Of a stretch of 64,000 nucleotides of DNA, positions 23,601 through 33,732 are shown piece after piece. The notes beneath the pieces were generated by a model. It ran no database searches and had not been told where the DNA came from. It saw nothing but the letters and a program-made list of their open reading frames with translations. Position 1 is the stretch's first letter. Every line of letters starts with the position of its first letter. A program made the position numbers and the translations under genes. Origin of the DNA: Macrostomum lignano (Eukaryota); assembly GCA_002269645.1 (NCBI GenBank), contig NIVC01000020.1, positions 620,001-684,000 of the forward strand. Reading direction: 5' to 3'.

Positions 23601-26600
23601 AGAAATCTCCGAAGACAACATCAAGCATAACCTTACCGGTTAGCTGTAATTCAGAACCATCATAGGTTAGAATACGATCGGAATAAGTAGGTGTAACTAC
23701 GCATGCATGTGCAGTACTGCGCGATAACAATCGCCAAGTAGAAAGGCCCATCAGGTTCAGTCTGCTCCCGCTGTCGAGAAGCAAGGGAACCTGTTGGCCG
23801 AAAATAAGCGCAGTTACATAAGGATCAGCACCAGAGTTATATACATTATTTACAAAGGAAGAGTCTACGGTATCGCCAGACTCTCCAGACTGCTTTAGTG
23901 CGACTTCGGGGGTTGGCCCTGGAGAGGGTTTTGGTTGGCAACCCCCGCCCGGACGTTTCCCGGCTTCTGAGCCTTGAACTTAGGACAGTCAGGCCTCTTG
24001 TGGCCTGGTTTACCGCACTCGTGGCACACAATGCCTTGCAGCCTATCTCTGACAGGTGCGGCTGGCGTCTGCTTGAGAAGCTGCTCAAGCATCTGCTGCT
24101 GCTTCTGCAGAACCTCATTCTGATGCCTGATTAAATTTTTAAGCTCATCGTCCTGTCGGGGAACTGTAGCTTTGTCCCCACCAAGGCTGCGACAGGGTGC
24201 GTCTTTGCTGCGGGCAGCAAGCTCACGCGCTGTCTCGATGCGCTTGAAGGCGAACTTGGCGTCCTGTAGAGTCTCTGGACGACCCCAGTACAGCCGTTCT
24301 CTCGCCTCAATTGTAGTTCTGACACCTTTCAGGAACTGATCAACAAGTTCTGATTCGAGCTGAGCTGGCAAGAGATAAGGATAAGCGAGTTCTCCGAGTT
24401 CGCGGAGAGCATCTGCAAACTCGTCAATGTCCTCGTTCTTGCGCTGAGTTCGGCAGCGGAAATCTTCTCGGAATTCCTGTGAGCCGCCTCTCTTTGAGAA
24501 TCTCTCAATCAGCGCTTCCTTAAACTCTTCGTACTCCAGATGGTCTGGCAAGTTCAGGCGCAGGACCGAAGCATACGCCGTGTGCACGTCAAGGTTGGCG
24601 AGCAACTCCGCCTTCCTGTGGCAGGCACGAATGTCTTCGGTATCGCAGCGAAGATCGAAGGCTTTGATCCACGTGCGGATGTCTTGGGATGGCGTGTATT
24701 TAGCCATCTTGACATGCTGCCTGACTTGGCCTATACCAAGCTGGCGCTCCAGTGCATCAGCGAGACGATCAAGACGTTCGCCTAGTACCGGTTCCTCAGC
24801 TCCTGCTCCAGCACCATCGTCAGGTGGTGCCATTGAAGCACGACTGCTGGCAATAGACATTGCTATGATTACTAAGTGAGACTAAGACGTAGGTGGACGA
24901 AGGATTGACGTGGTCGTTTTACCGGATCCCACCGCTGCCACCAGTGTTATGCCGTGGCTTTCGCCTGAGATAGAACAAGGATTTCCCTGGGTGGTCGGGT
25001 AGGTCTTGTTATCCCACCGCTGCCACCAGTGTTATGGCTGTGCCTACTGCTTCCTCTGTCTGTCCTCGCTATCTAGCACGGCCGGTAGCTGGCCTGAGTG
25101 GTCTAGCACTATGGTCCGAATTAACCCCTCTTAGTCTCCACTGAGTACAGTTAGATAATAACCGAGTATTGGTAGTTGGGTTGCTGCCACCTTGTAGGTC
25201 TACAGGTGATATCCTCGACATGTTACCCCTAGGTAGGCCTACTGATAAGTAGAAAATAAATAAGACAAACAAGTCAGTTAAACGTTTATTAATGTGAGTA
25301 ACGGTCACAGGCCGATCCTAAAATATCGTTTAATAGCTCAACTGGTGTCGCAGTAACAAGTCCCAACCCTATTAGGTGTCACTGATGTTGCCCAACAGCG
25401 TAGGTTGTAGGCCACGAGACCAGGTCCAGACGGTGTCGAAGGTCTGGCGAGCTGATGACACAAAGACCTGCGGCAATCTTAATGAGCAAATGGCAGCTGC
25501 AACAAGGATTTGTTAGCAGGTTATCCCTAGGAAAAGCGTCTAGCGATCTGCCTAAGCTAGTTCGTCTAGGAAAAGCATCTAGGAATACTAGCCTTTGCTC
25601 GAAGCCAAGCAGGCGGTCTCCGAGAGGATGGTCTCTGTGGGCCTTCACCTATTCTGTATTTATACTAAAATTCGGGGGTCTCAGGGCCAATGGGAAGCTC
25701 AGAGGCAGTTCCGTGGCAGATCCCATGGCAGTTCCGTGGACTACCCGGAGCCAGGAGCGATCTTGGAGATGTCCATAAGACATCTGCCTCATCATGCAGC
25801 CTCCGCATGGCCTGCTGGTACACTGCTTGCATGTTGCGGCATGCAAGGAGTGCACCAAGACCCCACGAGAGCCTACCCCGGGCGGAGAGCTATGCTCTCA
25901 CTCCCGCTGACTAAAAGCCTGTACTAAAGGAGAAATATCCCACTGACTAATGTTTCTATTTTTAGCCCATTGCAGACTGCGCCAGGGGGAGAGGGGGAGA
26001 GAGTTTCTCTCCCTGTCCCGCGACAGCTGCACACCTGAGCCTGCACAAGGGAAGAGGAGGAAGGGACAGCCCTATGCCCAGCTCCCACTGCTGCAGCCCA
26101 AGCACTAACTGACTAAGAGGGGATCCCAGGAGCAGCCTTATGCTAGCTACGCTGGATCACCACAGTATGCTAGGTTGAATATTTGTCTGTAACCAAAGTG
26201 CATTTTGCCTGCCTGCATGGTGCTACCCTTAGATGTCGTCAAGTGTGCAGACATGGGTTTCCGTATGTTTAAGTAAGATATAAAGATGTTTAAAGTGCCT
26301 CATCTGAAAATCAATGTTCAAAAAACTTGCAGTTCACTTTTGGCTGCGGTGCCTGCAACTCCACTGATAACCCGACATGTGTGACCTGCAGCACCGACCT
26401 GTGCAACTCGGTCACGCCTTCAGCCATCAGCTGCAATTTTCAAACACTTTCTGACAGAACCTATACTTTTAGTCACGGATACGCGGTTGTCTGCCCGTCT
26501 GGAATAACTTCCTGCTACTCAGCCATGATTTCGGTATGAGCTGTGTGGGTTGGCGTTTGCTTTACCCGTTTTGTATTCCACACAGACATCGCAATGCTAA

Positions 26601-29598
26601 CAGCTTTATTGTAATTGGAAACCACAGAAATCACACAGACCACACTACGATTACGGCTGCGGAAGCTGCAGCGCAGACGTCATGCCATCCTGTGTGAACT
26701 GCGCCACCGACAACTGCAATACGGCTGACAGAACTGACCACACCTGCTACAGCCACATCCCAAACCCCTTTAGTACGCGTACCATGACTGTGGCTTGCAC
26801 CGGAGGAATTAAAAGCTGCTACACTCTAACAAAGCCGATCGTAAGCCCGACCATAAGTTATTGATAATTCTGCAGCTGCCAGATATCATTGTGCAGGCTG
26901 CTCAATCTTGACAGACTGTCTTTTAGATAATGACTGGGCGATCCCACCCTATGCGGGGAAAGTGAGTTAGACCCCAGTCAGTTAAATTGCAGTAAAAAAT
27001 TCCAGTCAAAATTAAGCTTACATTGGACCAAAGCAAAATTTAACGCATAGGGAACACAAGAACACCTCAGCGTCATTCCCCTCAGCATCATTCCCCTCAG
27101 CATCATTCCCCTCAGCATCATTCCCCTCAGCATCATTCCCCTCAGCATCATTCCCATCAGCACCATTCCCCTCAGCATCATTCCCCTCAGCATCATTCCC
27201 CTCAGCACCATTCCCCTCAGCATCATTCCCCTCAGCATCATTCCCCTCAGCATCATTCCCCTCAGCATCATTCCCCTCAGCATCATTCCCCTCAGCATCA
27301 TTCCCCTCAGCATCATTCCCCTCAGCATCATTCCCCTCAGCATCATTCCCCACAGCATCATTCCCCGGAGCCAGCAGCGGCCATGTGAGCTGGCCTTTAC
27401 CCACTTCGCGCCACTTCAGATAATTTCCAATAACCAATTCAACATACCCATGAGCGGCTGCGGCGTCTGCACCCCCACATCAACCGCTCTCTACGGCTGC
27501 ACCTCCTGCAACACCAGCAACTGCAACGCACCTGCCAACAGCAGCAGCAGCCTGCCAACCACCCACAGCACGCCGCCATCAAACGCACCTGTCAACAGTG
27601 GCAGCAGCCAGCCAGCCACCCTCAGCACGCCGCCACCAGGTCAATCGAACCCAACAGCGAATCCCGCGATCACCGCCCCGGGCATCGGCTGCTACCAGAG
27701 CTTCAGCAAAAATAAGAAAACAGAACAGCAGAAGACCAGCTGCCCATCCTACAGCAGCTGCTTTGACTACACCTTCAAATCCGGCTCGGACAGGGTGAGT
27801 CCTGCGGCCTGTGGTGTGCCGGTGGGCCCCACACGTCAGAACCCAGTCCCACCCTGCCACACTGCACCCTGCCACACTGCACCCTGCCACACTGCACCCT
27901 GACACACTGCACCCTGACACACTGCACCCTGACACACTGCACCCTGACACACTGCACCCTGACACACTGCACCCTGCCACACTGCACCCTGACACACTGC
28001 ACCCTGCCACACTGCACCCTGCCACACTGCACCCTGACACACTGCACCCTGACACACTGCACCCTGCCACACTGCACCCTGCCACACTGCACCCCTGCCA
28101 CACTGCACCCTGCACACACTGCACCCTGACACACTGTACCCTGCCACACTGCACCCTGACACACTGCACCCTGCCACACTGCACCCTGACACACTGCACC
28201 CTGACACACTGCACCCTGCCACACTGCACCCTGACACACTGCACCCTGCCACACTGCACCCTGCACACACTGCACCCGTGCCACACTGCACCACCACCCC
28301 TGCCACAATGCACCCCCACACCTGCCACAATGCACCACCACCCCTGCCACAATGCACCCCACCCCTGCCACAATGCACCACCACCCCTGCCACAATGCAC
28401 CCCACCCCTGCTACAATGCACCCCCACCCCTGCCACAATGCACCCCCACCCCTGCCACAATGCACCCCCACCCCTGCCACACTGCACCCCCACCCCTGCC
28501 ACACTGCACCCCCACCCCTGCCACACTGCACCCTCACCCCTGCCACACTGCACCCCACCCCTGCCACACTGCACCCCCATCCCTGCCACACTGCACCCCC
28601 ACCCTGCCACACTGCACCCCCATCCCTGCCACACTGCACCCCCACCCCTGCCGCACTGCACCCCCATCCCTGCCACAATGCACCCCCACCCCTGCCACAA
28701 TGCACCCCCACCCCTGCCACAATGCACCACCACCCCTGCCACAATGCACCCCACCCCTGCCACAATGCACCCCCACCCCTGCCACAATGCACCCCCACAA
28801 CTGCCACAATGCACCCCCACCCCTGCCACAATGCACCCCCACCCCTGCCACAATGCACCCCCACCCTGCCACAATGCACCCCCACCCCTGCCACACTGCA
28901 CCCCCACCCCTGCCACACTGCACCCCACCCCTGCCACACTGCACCCCCACCCCTGCCACACTGCACCCCACCCCTGCCACACTGCACCCCCATCCCTGCC
29001 ACACTGCACCCCACTCCTGCCACACTGCACCCCCATCCCTGCCACACTGCACCCCCACCCCTGCCACACTGCACCCCACCCCTGCCACACTGCACCCCCA
29101 CCCCTGCCACACTGCACCCCCACCCCTGCCACTGCAGTTTTACATCTCCGGCTGCGGCAGCTGCCCGTTCAGCGGAGGCAGCGACGGCTCCACCTGCCGC
29201 ACCTGCCACTCGAACTACTGCAACTCGGCTCAGAGCCGCATCACCTGCTACTCCAGCTTCGGCGGCAGTCGGAAGGATAAAAAGGAGCTGGACTGTCCTT
29301 CATCCACCAGCTGCTTTCACTACAGCTACTCCTATAATTTCGGCATGACTGAGGTGAGCTCGCACTCGAAAACTCTTCATTGAGAGTGGCAAAAAAATCA
29401 CAAAGCCTCTCTTTTCCCCTGCTTCATCAGTTCTTCTTTGCCGGCTGCGGAAACTGCTCGTTCAGCAGCGACACCACGACCTGCCGCACCTGCTTCACCG
29501 ACCTCTGCAACTCCGGCAGCCGGTTGGGAAGCCGCGCCTTCACCGCCGCTGCCGCCGCCGCTGTCGTTTTCTGCGTGATGCTGCTGAGCTACCGCTGA
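14613..29598 (+). CDS. Multi-domain Cys-rich three-finger (Ly6/uPAR-like) GPI-anchored surface protein, paralog 2: complete, 9 exons, 604 aa, 7 modules
   Basis: Exons 14613-14658 (signal peptide MARLLLLLITAAICT, phase 1), 14735-14850, 16357-16593, 16677-16919, 26333-26533, 26628-26840, 27420-27794, 29138-29353 and 29431-29598; total 1815 nt, open, all GT-AG. Seven 8-10-Cys modules ending in CN, a Ser/Thr/Pro linker after module 5, and a C-terminal GPI signal. Confidence 0.85.
14937..15592. repeat. 59-bp tandem array x ~11 in intron 2 of paralog 2
   Basis: Unit gtacgcgcgcactcataaggacagctaaagcagaaggggtcggatgtggttttattcaa. Confidence 0.95.
17172..18391 (-). repeat. 3' LTR (1220 bp, including an 85-bp module with an internal PBS copy at 17238-17255)
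   Basis: Matches 24945-26164; outer end TGTTATG abuts the target duplication. Confidence 0.95.
18596..21570 (-). CDS. pol: Integrase frame of pol: long linker, HHCC zinc finger, DDE core and a ~270-aa extra C-terminal extension
   Basis: HDAPLSGHLG..CRVC; HCDVVGP; HTDQG; NGQVENLN; TPYFLVFGRE; RRDRRAPDRL; then the frame stays open to 18596. Confidence 0.92.
21550..23960 (-). CDS. pol: Protease, RT and RNase H part of pol, split by apparent indels near 23150, 22880 and 21560
   Basis: LLLDSGS (protease); YSSPILVVPKKD, DYRELN, LDLAQGFYQIP, PMGL, YMDDIVI (RT); LDCDAS, RELLAVV, TDHRAL, NADSLSR (RNase H). Confidence 0.92.
23895..24860 (-). CDS. gag: Gag with CCHC zinc knuckle
   Basis: 321-aa ORF containing CHECGKPGHKRPDC, downstream of the PBS. 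Confidence 0.9.
   Translation of the reverse strand: MSIASSRASMAPPDDGAGAGAEEPVLGERLDRLADALERQLGIGQVRQHVKMAKYTPSQDIRTWIKAFDLRCDTEDIRACHRKAELLANLDVHTAYASVLRLNLPDHLEYEEFKEALIERFSKRGGSQEFREDFRCRTQRKNEDIDEFADALRELGELAYPYLLPAQLESELVDQFLKGVRTTIEARERLYWGRPETLQDAKFAFKRIETARELAARSKDAPCRSLGGDKATVPRQDDELKNLIRHQNEVLQKQQQMLEQLLKQTPAAPVRDRLQGIVCHECGKPGHKRPDCPKFKAQKPGNVRAGVANQNPLQGQPPKSH
23905..23961 (-). promoter_or_regulatory. -1 programmed ribosomal frameshift signal between gag and pol
   Basis: In-frame slippery heptamer G GGA AAC (23961-23955), a 7-nt spacer, then stem CGGGGGTTG...CAACCCCCG; the -1 frame is open into the protease DSG motif. Confidence 0.85.
24926..24943 (-). promoter_or_regulatory. Primer-binding site complementary to the 3' end of tRNA-Leu (TGGTGGCAGCGGTGGGAT)
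   Basis: The + strand reads ATCCCACCGCTGCCACCA, the 3' 18 nt of metazoan tRNA-Leu(AAG) plus CCA as I recall it; one base from the LTR end. Confidence 0.9.
24945..26164 (-). repeat. 5' LTR (1220 bp, including an internal PBS copy at 25011-25028)
   Basis: Matches 17172-18391. Confidence 0.95.
27068..27365. repeat. 15-bp array (cagcatcattcccct) x ~20 in intron 6 of paralog 2
   Basis: Direct reading; not expanded in the paralog 1 intron. Confidence 0.95.
27848..29137. repeat. Compound C/A-rich minisatellite filling intron 7 of paralog 2 and ending in the acceptor
   Basis: Same seed (ccacactgcacc) as 4063-4591. Confidence 0.95.
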
Positions 29599-29936
29599 CA
29601 GCTGCTGAGCTACCGCTGACAGCTGCTGAGCTACCGCTGACAGCTGGCTGAGCTGAGATGCTATACAATTATACCTAGATGACTCTGTAACTATAAGTGT
29701 TTTTATAACTATTATAACTATTTTTTAATATCGACTACAGAATGTTTAGTGCCACATGCGTGAAAAAAATTGAATTTTAGTATCCTAGTAAATTCCGCCG
29801 TGAACTGCTTTGTACCTGTATTTGCTCAACTCGTTTATTTCTCGTATAGTTTTATGTAATTGTGGTTTATATACAGTTTTAATTTCACGATTAATTTATA
29901 AAATGAGTTTTCCTTTTTGATATTGAAAACATAGTT

Positions 29937-30026
29937 CACCTGAGCGATTCCCCATCACCTGAGCGATTCCCCATCACCTGAGCGATTCCCCATCACCTGA
30001 GCGATTCCCCATCACCTGAGCGATTC
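29937..30026. repeat. 19-bp unit (cacctgagcgattccccat) x ~4.5, inverse of the 13245 array unit
   Basis: Exact reverse complement of atggggaatcgctcaggtg. Confidence 0.9.
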
Positions 30027-30254
30027 TAACTATTTCGACTACCATTCCGTCCCTGGACTTTGCCTCTCGACTTTTGGACCAATAAACATGTACTTTGAAC
30101 ATTAAATATTAAATATTGATTGAATTTACCGCAAAAATTTTGTATTTATTGCCGTTCTCACTCGTTTTTTCGCTCAAAAATAAACCTAGCCTGAAGATGC
30201 ACAGTTTCGTGCGAAACGCGTCGCTATAAATTTAATGTTAACTTTCGCCTTCCT

Positions 30255-31762
30255 ATTTCCCTTTCCAGTCTTCTCCTCCAGTCTCCCCCTCTGCCCCTCC
30301 AGTCTCCCCTCCAGTCTCCCCTCCAGTCTCCCCTCCAGTCTCCCCCTCCAGTCCCCCCTCCAGTCTCCCCTCCAGTCTCCCCTCCAGTCTCCCCTCCAGT
30401 CTCCCCCTCCAGTCCCCCCTCCAGTCTCCCCTCCAGTCTCCCCTCCAGTCTCCCTCCAGTCTCCCCTCCAGTCTCCCCCTCCAGTCTCCCCTCCAGTCTC
30501 CCCCTCCAGTCTCCCCCTCCAGTCTCCCCCTCCAGTCCCCCTCCAGTCTCCCCCTCCAGTCTCCCCCTCCAGTCTCCCCCTCCAGTCTCCCCCTCCAGTC
30601 TCCCCCTCCAGTCTCCCCTCCAGTCTCCCCTCCAGTCTCCCCCTCCAGTCTCCCCCTCCAGTCTCCCCTCCAGTCTCCCCCTCCAGTCTCCCCCTCCAGT
30701 CTCCCCCTCCAGTCTCCCCCTCCAGTCTCCCCCTCCAGTCTCCCCCTCCAGTCTCCCCCTCCAGTCTCCCCTCTGCCCCTCCAGTCTCCCCTCCAGTCTC
30801 CCCTCCAGTCTCCCCTCCAGTCTCTCCCTCTAGTCTCCCCTCCAGTCTCCCCTCCAGTCTCCCCCTCTGCCCTCCAGTCTCCCCTCCAGTCTCCCCTCCA
30901 GTCTCCCCTCCAGTCTCCCCCTCCAGTCTCCCCCTCCAGTCTCCCCCTCTGCCCCTCCAGTCTCCCCTCCAGTCTCCCCCTCCAGTCTCCCCTCCAGTCT
31001 CCCCCTCCAGTCTCCCCTCCAGTCTCCCCCTCCAGTCTCCCCTCCAGTCTCCCCTCCAGTCTCCCCCTCCAGTCTCCCCCTCCAGTCTCCCCCTCTGCCC
31101 CTCCAGTCTCCCCTCCAGTCTCCCCTCCAGTCTCCCCTCCAGTCTCCCCCTCCAGTCTCCCCTCCAGTCTCCCCCTCCAGTCTCCCCCTCCAGTCTCCCC
31201 CTCTGCCCCTCCAGTCTCCCCTCCAGTCTCCCCCTCCAGTCTCCCCTCTGCCCCTCCAGTCTCCCCTCCAGTCTCCCCTCCAGTCTCCCCTCCAGTCTCC
31301 CCCTCCAGTCTCCCCTCCAGTCTCCCCCTCCAGTCTCCCCCTCCAGTCTCCCCCTCTGCCCTCCAGTCTCCCCTCCAGTCTCCCCCTCCAGTCTCCCCTC
31401 CAGTCTCCCCCTCCAGTCTCCCCCTCCAGTCTCCCCCTCCAGTCTCCCCCTCCAGTCTCCCCCTCCAGTCTCCCCTCCAGTCTCCCCCTCCAGTCTCCCC
31501 CTCCAGTCTCCCCCTCCAGTCCCCCCTCCAGTCTCCCCCTCCAGTCTCCCCCTCCAGTCTCCCCCTCCAGTCTCCCCCTCCAGTCTCCCCCTCCAGTCTC
31601 CCCCTCCAGTCTCCCCTCCAGTCTCCCCCTCCAGTCTCCCCCTCCAGTCTCCCCTCCAGTCTCCCCCTCCAGTCTCCCCCTCCAGTCTCCCCCTCCAGTC
31701 TCCCCTCCAGTCCCCCCTCCAGTCTCACCCTCCAGTCTCCCCCTCCAGTCTCCCCCTCCAGT
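30255..31762. repeat. Pyrimidine-rich 12/13-bp array (ctccagtctcccc[c]), ~1.5 kb
   Basis: Direct reading. Confidence 0.95.
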
Positions 31763-31869
31763 CTATACTATTTAGACTCGCGTTGCGGCCGCTGAGTCGG
31801 CATAATTTTGGCAAAATATGTTTTGCCTGCCTGATTTGCCAAGCAGGGCATTCAAAATGGACTCCATGC

Positions 31870-32900
31870 AGGCAGCATGACCGTGCAGGCCCTCAAAGAT
31901 GCCTTACTCGAGAAGGCCCTACCGACAGGTGGCAGTAAAGCGGAGCTGATAGGCCTCCAGCTCGCTGCAAGCCGGGTCGAGCGGCTCCCAGCGAGCATGA
32001 GGCTTACGGCGGCGACGACCAGGACGAAGCTGACGTGCGCCAAGCTGCGCCAGCGGAGGAGGCGACAGAGGCGCAGATTCGGCAGACTCAGAAGCGGATG
32101 GAGCTGCTGAAGCTGCAGAAGGCTGAGGCCAAAGCGACGAGAAGAAGTGCAGTCGATCCGCGGTGGCTTCGCATCGCCCCAGCCAGCCAGAAGAGGAAAT
32201 CTTCGCCAGCCAGCCTGTTCGGTGACCAGAGCCGACAGCCGAGGCTTGATTCGGCCGGAACACAGCGGCCCCCTCAGCGCTGCTCATCCCAAACTTCCTG
32301 GCCGAGAGGCAGCGGTCGGGAGGATGGCTGACGCAGAACGTCAGAGGGCTGACGCAGGAACACCAAATGGCTGACGCAGGAACGTCAGAGGGCTGACGCA
32401 GGAACGTCAGAGGGCTGACGCAGGAACGTCAGAGGGCTGACGCAGGAACACCAAATGGCTGACGCAGGAACGTCAGAGGGCTGACGCAGGAACGTCAGAG
32501 GGCTGACGCAGGAACGTCAGAGGGCTGACGCAGGAACGCCAAATGGCTGACGCAGGAACGTCAGAGGGCTGACGCAGGAACGTCAGAGGGCTGACGCAGG
32601 GTCGCTTGACTCTGAAAGGCGCAACGCCGAGCCTGTCCGGAGTCAACTTCGGCCAGTGGGTGGCTGCCAACAACGCGCGCATCATGCAGCGGCTGCTGGT
32701 GACCGGCCAGCTGGTGGCGCCCGGTGACAGCCAGACTGCAAGAGGCTGAGCGCCAACTCAACTTCAAAATCTACGCTCGTGCATCGGCAAGCTGCTCCAG
32801 TACGACCAGCACGTGAGGCTGCAGCAGCACTCGCGACAAAGTGACTGGGACAGCCCCGAGCTGAACCTCATCATCAAGCATATGACGGCGCCATGAGACC
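31870..32900 (+). mobile_element. Degenerate gag-like ORF1 of a probable DIRS/Ngaro-type element with an N-terminal SAP-like motif, interrupted by a 22-bp array (32325-32600)
   Basis: MTVQALKDALLEKALPTGGSKAELI (SAP-like), a coiled stretch, VNFGQWVAANNARIMQRLL and LLQYDQHVRLQQH..W, resembling recalled DIRS ORF1 motifs; several frameshifts. Confidence 0.5.
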
Positions 32901-33234
32901 TGCGAGCTGCTGGCCCAGTGGCGGTCAGTCAAGGAGTCCAAGGTCACCAGAGCAAGGGCCAGCTGTCATCCGCTGGTCAGGTCAGGTCATCTGCGGCCTG
33001 TTCAGATTCCTCCTGCTTTCACTTGGTGTCGGGGTTCGCTTCCCCTTTCTGGCCGGGTGTGCCGGTCTTTTCTGCCCCTCGCTTCTGCCCCTCGCTTTTG
33101 CTCTGCGTTCGTCTTTTGGGGTTCAAATAGTCGCTAGGGAGTTACTATTAGACATAATCAGTAAGAGTAAAGCCCAGCTGGATCAATCAGCCACATCAAG
33201 GTGAGCTAATCATAGTTCAATAGTTAATATTGCA

Positions 33235-33542
33235 CGAGCCTGCACCACCCTGCACCAACCTGCACCAACCTGCACCAACCTGCACCAACCTGCACCAACC
33301 TGCACCAACCTGCACTAGCATGCACCAACCCGCATCAACCTGCACCAACCTGCACCACCCTGCACCAACCTGCACCAACCTGCACCACCCTGCACCAACC
33401 TGCACCAACCTGCACCAACCTGCACCAACCCGCACCAACCTGCACCAACCTGCACCAACCTGCACCAACCTGCACCAACCTGCACCAACCTGCACCAACC
33501 TGCACCAACCTGCACCAACCTGCACCAACCTGCACCAACCTG
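33235..33542. repeat. 10-bp array (tgcaccaacc) x ~30
   Basis: Direct reading. Confidence 0.95.
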
Positions 33543-33732
33543 AAGAAACCCTGCAAAAGAAAAAGAGCATTCTAAAGCCGAGTACAACCACAGCACTGTT
33601 ATAATTTCATTTAACAAGCGCATGAACTGCACAAGATAAAAGGGGTTTCTGAACTTTCAGTCTGTTTGCTTCGGGCCTGCTTCAAATCACATAAACGTCA
33701 GAATCTGAAGTTGGTCAAGGGGCACAGCGGCT

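Larger units (their letters stand above)
17172..26164 (-). mobile_element. Full-length, very recent Ty3/Gypsy LTR retrotransposon, antisense in intron 4 of paralog 2
   Basis: Direct repeats 17172-18391 and 24945-26164 (1220 bp, TG...CA; only one substitution noticed); GTAT target duplication at 17168-17171 and 26165-26168; tRNA-Leu PBS at 24926-24943; polypurine tract just above 18391; domain order gag-PR-RT-RH-IN. Confidence 0.97.

Noticed and set aside
27579-31938. Long Pro/His/Cys- or Gly/Trp-rich ORFs on both strands (also 3758-4759, 36255-36850, 39698-41368, 55768-57328)
   Set aside because: Products of stop-poor tandem arrays lying in introns or spacers of the genes called above.
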